Shown here: piece by piece, positions 61,785-64,000 of the stretch
Position numbering within the stretch: the stretch's first letter is position 1
Layout: the number at the start of each line of letters is the position of its first letter
Origin: Eledone cirrhosa
Taxonomy: Eukaryota
NCBI GenBank assembly: GCA_964016885.1
Contig: OZ024747.1
Span: 68,262,001 to 68,326,000, forward strand
Direction: 5' to 3'
DNA: 64,000 nucleotides
Made by a program: the position numbers and the translations under genes
The notes under the pieces: generated by a model
Database searches by the model: none
Seen by the model: the letters and a program-made list of their open reading frames with translations, nothing else
Told to the model about the DNA's origin: nothing

Positions 61785-62286
61785 TTAAGGATACTATTTA
61801 TGGTTATGTATATACTAAAACTTTTTATAGTTATATATATTTTAAACCCTAAACAGTGAAAGACAGTAATTTATTACTGCTCAATGTAATAACATCATGT
61901 AATAACATATTTCTATATATATATATATTATAGCTGAGGCAGTAAACAAAAAACAATGTGGAAGCGAAGAGGCAGTACAAATGTTAATATTAGTTTCACG
62001 CTTGAGAGTGAGGGGGGAGGGGACATACATATGTGTGTGTGCGTGTGCGTGTGCGTGTGCGCGTGTGTGTGTGTGTCATTTTTGATGATTTAGTGTTAAA
62101 GAATAATAACTAATAATAAAATAATTTAACGAGACCTCGCAGGGTCTGTTGTTATAAGCTATATCTTATAAGTCCAGTGCTGTTTGATCTTGATCAGGTT
62201 TTGAATCTCAACTAAAGCCATTTAAATTATATATACTAGCAGAAAAACTGCCCTTTCGGGCATAGAGATATATGTAAATGACAATA

Positions 62287-62668
62287 TCTTCTTCTTCGCC
62301 CACTTATTTGGGAGAGGGTAGGGGCAGAGTCCTTCTCAAACACTCCTTCTGCGAGTCTGTCAGAAGCAAACATCGCTAAGTGATCCAGCTGGATCCCAAA
62401 GCGTGATCAGCCAAGCTCGTGGATGTTATCCAACCATCTTTCTCAGGGTCTACTTCTGGGTCTCTTGCTGGTTGGTTTTGCCTCTAAAATCTGTCCAGTG
62501 ATTCTTTCCTGAGACTTTCTAACCACATACCCATAGTATCGGAGTTGTGATCTCTCAATTCGGAGAAGTAGCAGCACCACCAGGAGTAACTCTCTGGTCT
62601 CTGAACTATGCACTTTATCGAGTAACGTTACTCCAAAGACCCTTCGGAGGAACCCCATTTCTGCTGCT
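62287..62668 (-). mobile_element. RTE 3' fragment with (GAA)n tail
   Basis: FLRRVFGVTLLDKV...IERSQLRYYGYV...KRPRSRP. A related 3' end lies at about 36875-37020 (plus). Confidence 0.75.
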
Positions 62669-62757
62669 TATATTTATAGAGGGGTATTGGAAGAGAATTC
62701 CGTGTAGCAGATATAGAGAGGGGGAGAGTTTAGTGTTCATGTTCATTGATATAAATG

Positions 62758-63055
62758 GGCCCCAAATAAAAAAAAACAGACCCCTTGCTGCGCCCCAAAT
62801 AAAAAAAAAACGTACATCCTGCTGCACCCAAAATAAAAAAAAAAACCCGGACCACTTGCTGCGCACAAAATAAAAAAACCAACACCCCGCTGTGCCCAAA
62901 ATAAGAACAGACACCCCTCGCCACTGGACCCAAAATAAAAAAAAAACGAACTCCGCTGCACCTAAAATAAAAATGGGACCCCTGCTGCGCCCAAAATAGA
63001 AAATGGACTCCTCTTCAATAAATAAAGCCCCCCTCCCCTTCTCCACAAATAAAAA
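62758..63055. repeat. Degenerate 30-36-bp tandem repeat, about 8-9 copies
   Basis: Unit cccaaaataaaaaaa-N(8-12)-gctgc(g/a). Confidence 0.8.
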
Positions 63056-63357
63056 ATATGCCTATACACGTCAAAATGTAATGTAAAATATAATAGAAAA
63101 GGAGGGGGCATCTTCTGCGAAGCGGCGTCCAAACGGCTGGCAAATAAGGTAGATTGTTATTAATAAAAATATATATATCACCATGAAAAAGCCATTAAAA
63201 AATCTCAGAAGATATTTACGATTCCGCGAATATGCGGTGGTTTCCATGAACAATTATTAGTTAGGTCCTAAGTACAATTCTGCGAATAACCGGGAGCGGA
63301 AGTCGAGACCACGAATTCCGGGGGTACACTCATTTTAGTTCGCTTAAGAAATAATAA

Positions 63358-63604
63358 TTATTTCTACTTTTGGCACAAGGCCAACAATTACCCTAGTGCA
63401 TTACTGGTACTTTATTTTATCGACCCCGTAAGGATGAAAGGCAAAGTTAACCTCAGGGGATTTGAACTCAGAACATAAAGGGCCATAACTCTATGCTGCA
63501 AAGCATGGTGTCTGACACTCTACTGATACTGCCAATCCATAAAATAATAATTGTTTCTACTTTTGGCACAAGGCCAGCAATTAATCAGTGTATTACTGGT
63601 ACTA
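63358..63604 (-). mobile_element. SINE family 1 copy plus a second 3' fragment
   Basis: Same core, reversed; tttctacttttggcacaaggcca occurs twice. Confidence 0.82.
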
Positions 63605-64000
63605 ACAAGACGCAAGTTTTTTTTTCAAAAAGTGTCATAAAATCAAGGCACTTCCTGGAATGTGGCCACAGTGGCAACAGAATTGCCATTCTCAGATTAG
63701 GTGATATCGGTTTCACATGTATTGCGCCTTCCACCTGAATTGTTCTAAGGGATCAAGATGAAAATGATTGCTTGTATACAACTTAATTTGCTGATCAGGT
63801 TGTCATGTTTAGTAGAGCAGTAGTTACAAACTACGATCTATTGAGTCTCTTCTTGCAAAGGACAGAGTCTGCTAAAGAAGAAGGAGGAGCAGAGGGTTGA
63901 ATGATATGGTGTGGAGATGAAAGGAAGTGAAGGGGAGAAGGAGGAGGCGGAGATGGAGGGTAGGTAAGTGGAGGAGGAGAAGAGTGGGAGTGAAAGCGAG

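Larger units (their letters stand above)
62236..63349 (-). mobile_element. Probable non-autonomous Helitron with internal repeats and a nested RTE
   Basis: Minus-strand 3' hairpin tgccc gaaa gggca followed by CTAG|T at 62235-62239. The putative 5' end is TCttaagcgaactaaaa at 63349. Confidence 0.5.

Noticed and set aside
63820-63880. Possible minus-strand terminal exon (QTLSFARRDSIDRSL*)
   Set aside because: It has a good pyrimidine tract and AG, but is too short to support without transcripts.

Overview
Eukaryotic, very AT-rich, repeat-dominated genomic DNA. It most likely comes from an octopus-like cephalopod; this is inferred from SINE and LINE families recalled from memory, not from a search. 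No host protein-coding gene can be called with confidence, and almost all long ORFs in the track are artefacts of (TA)n, (CA)n, (ACC)n or 39-bp repeats. About 13 kb is giant (TA)n-type microsatellite with a 200-N scaffold gap. Retroelements present: Tx1/L1, CR1, RTE and CRE LINE fragments, two tRNA-derived SINE families and two Penelope-like elements (PLEs) with RT plus C-terminal GIY-YIG. DNA elements present: Helitron, mariner and hAT-like non-autonomous elements and palindromic MITEs. The main hidden layer is RNA structure. I read about a dozen type I hammerhead ribozyme (HHR) motifs from at least six sequence families, usually with the PLE signature of an inverted partial copy. One family is a short non-coding element whose palindromic stem III is itself (UA)n. 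Other highlights are a 2.7-kb near-perfect PLE palindrome with a ribozyme near each end, a PHD finger in frame inside an RTE reverse transcriptase, a PLE with an in-frame TGA between RT and endonuclease, and several long inverted repeats that could form dsRNA.
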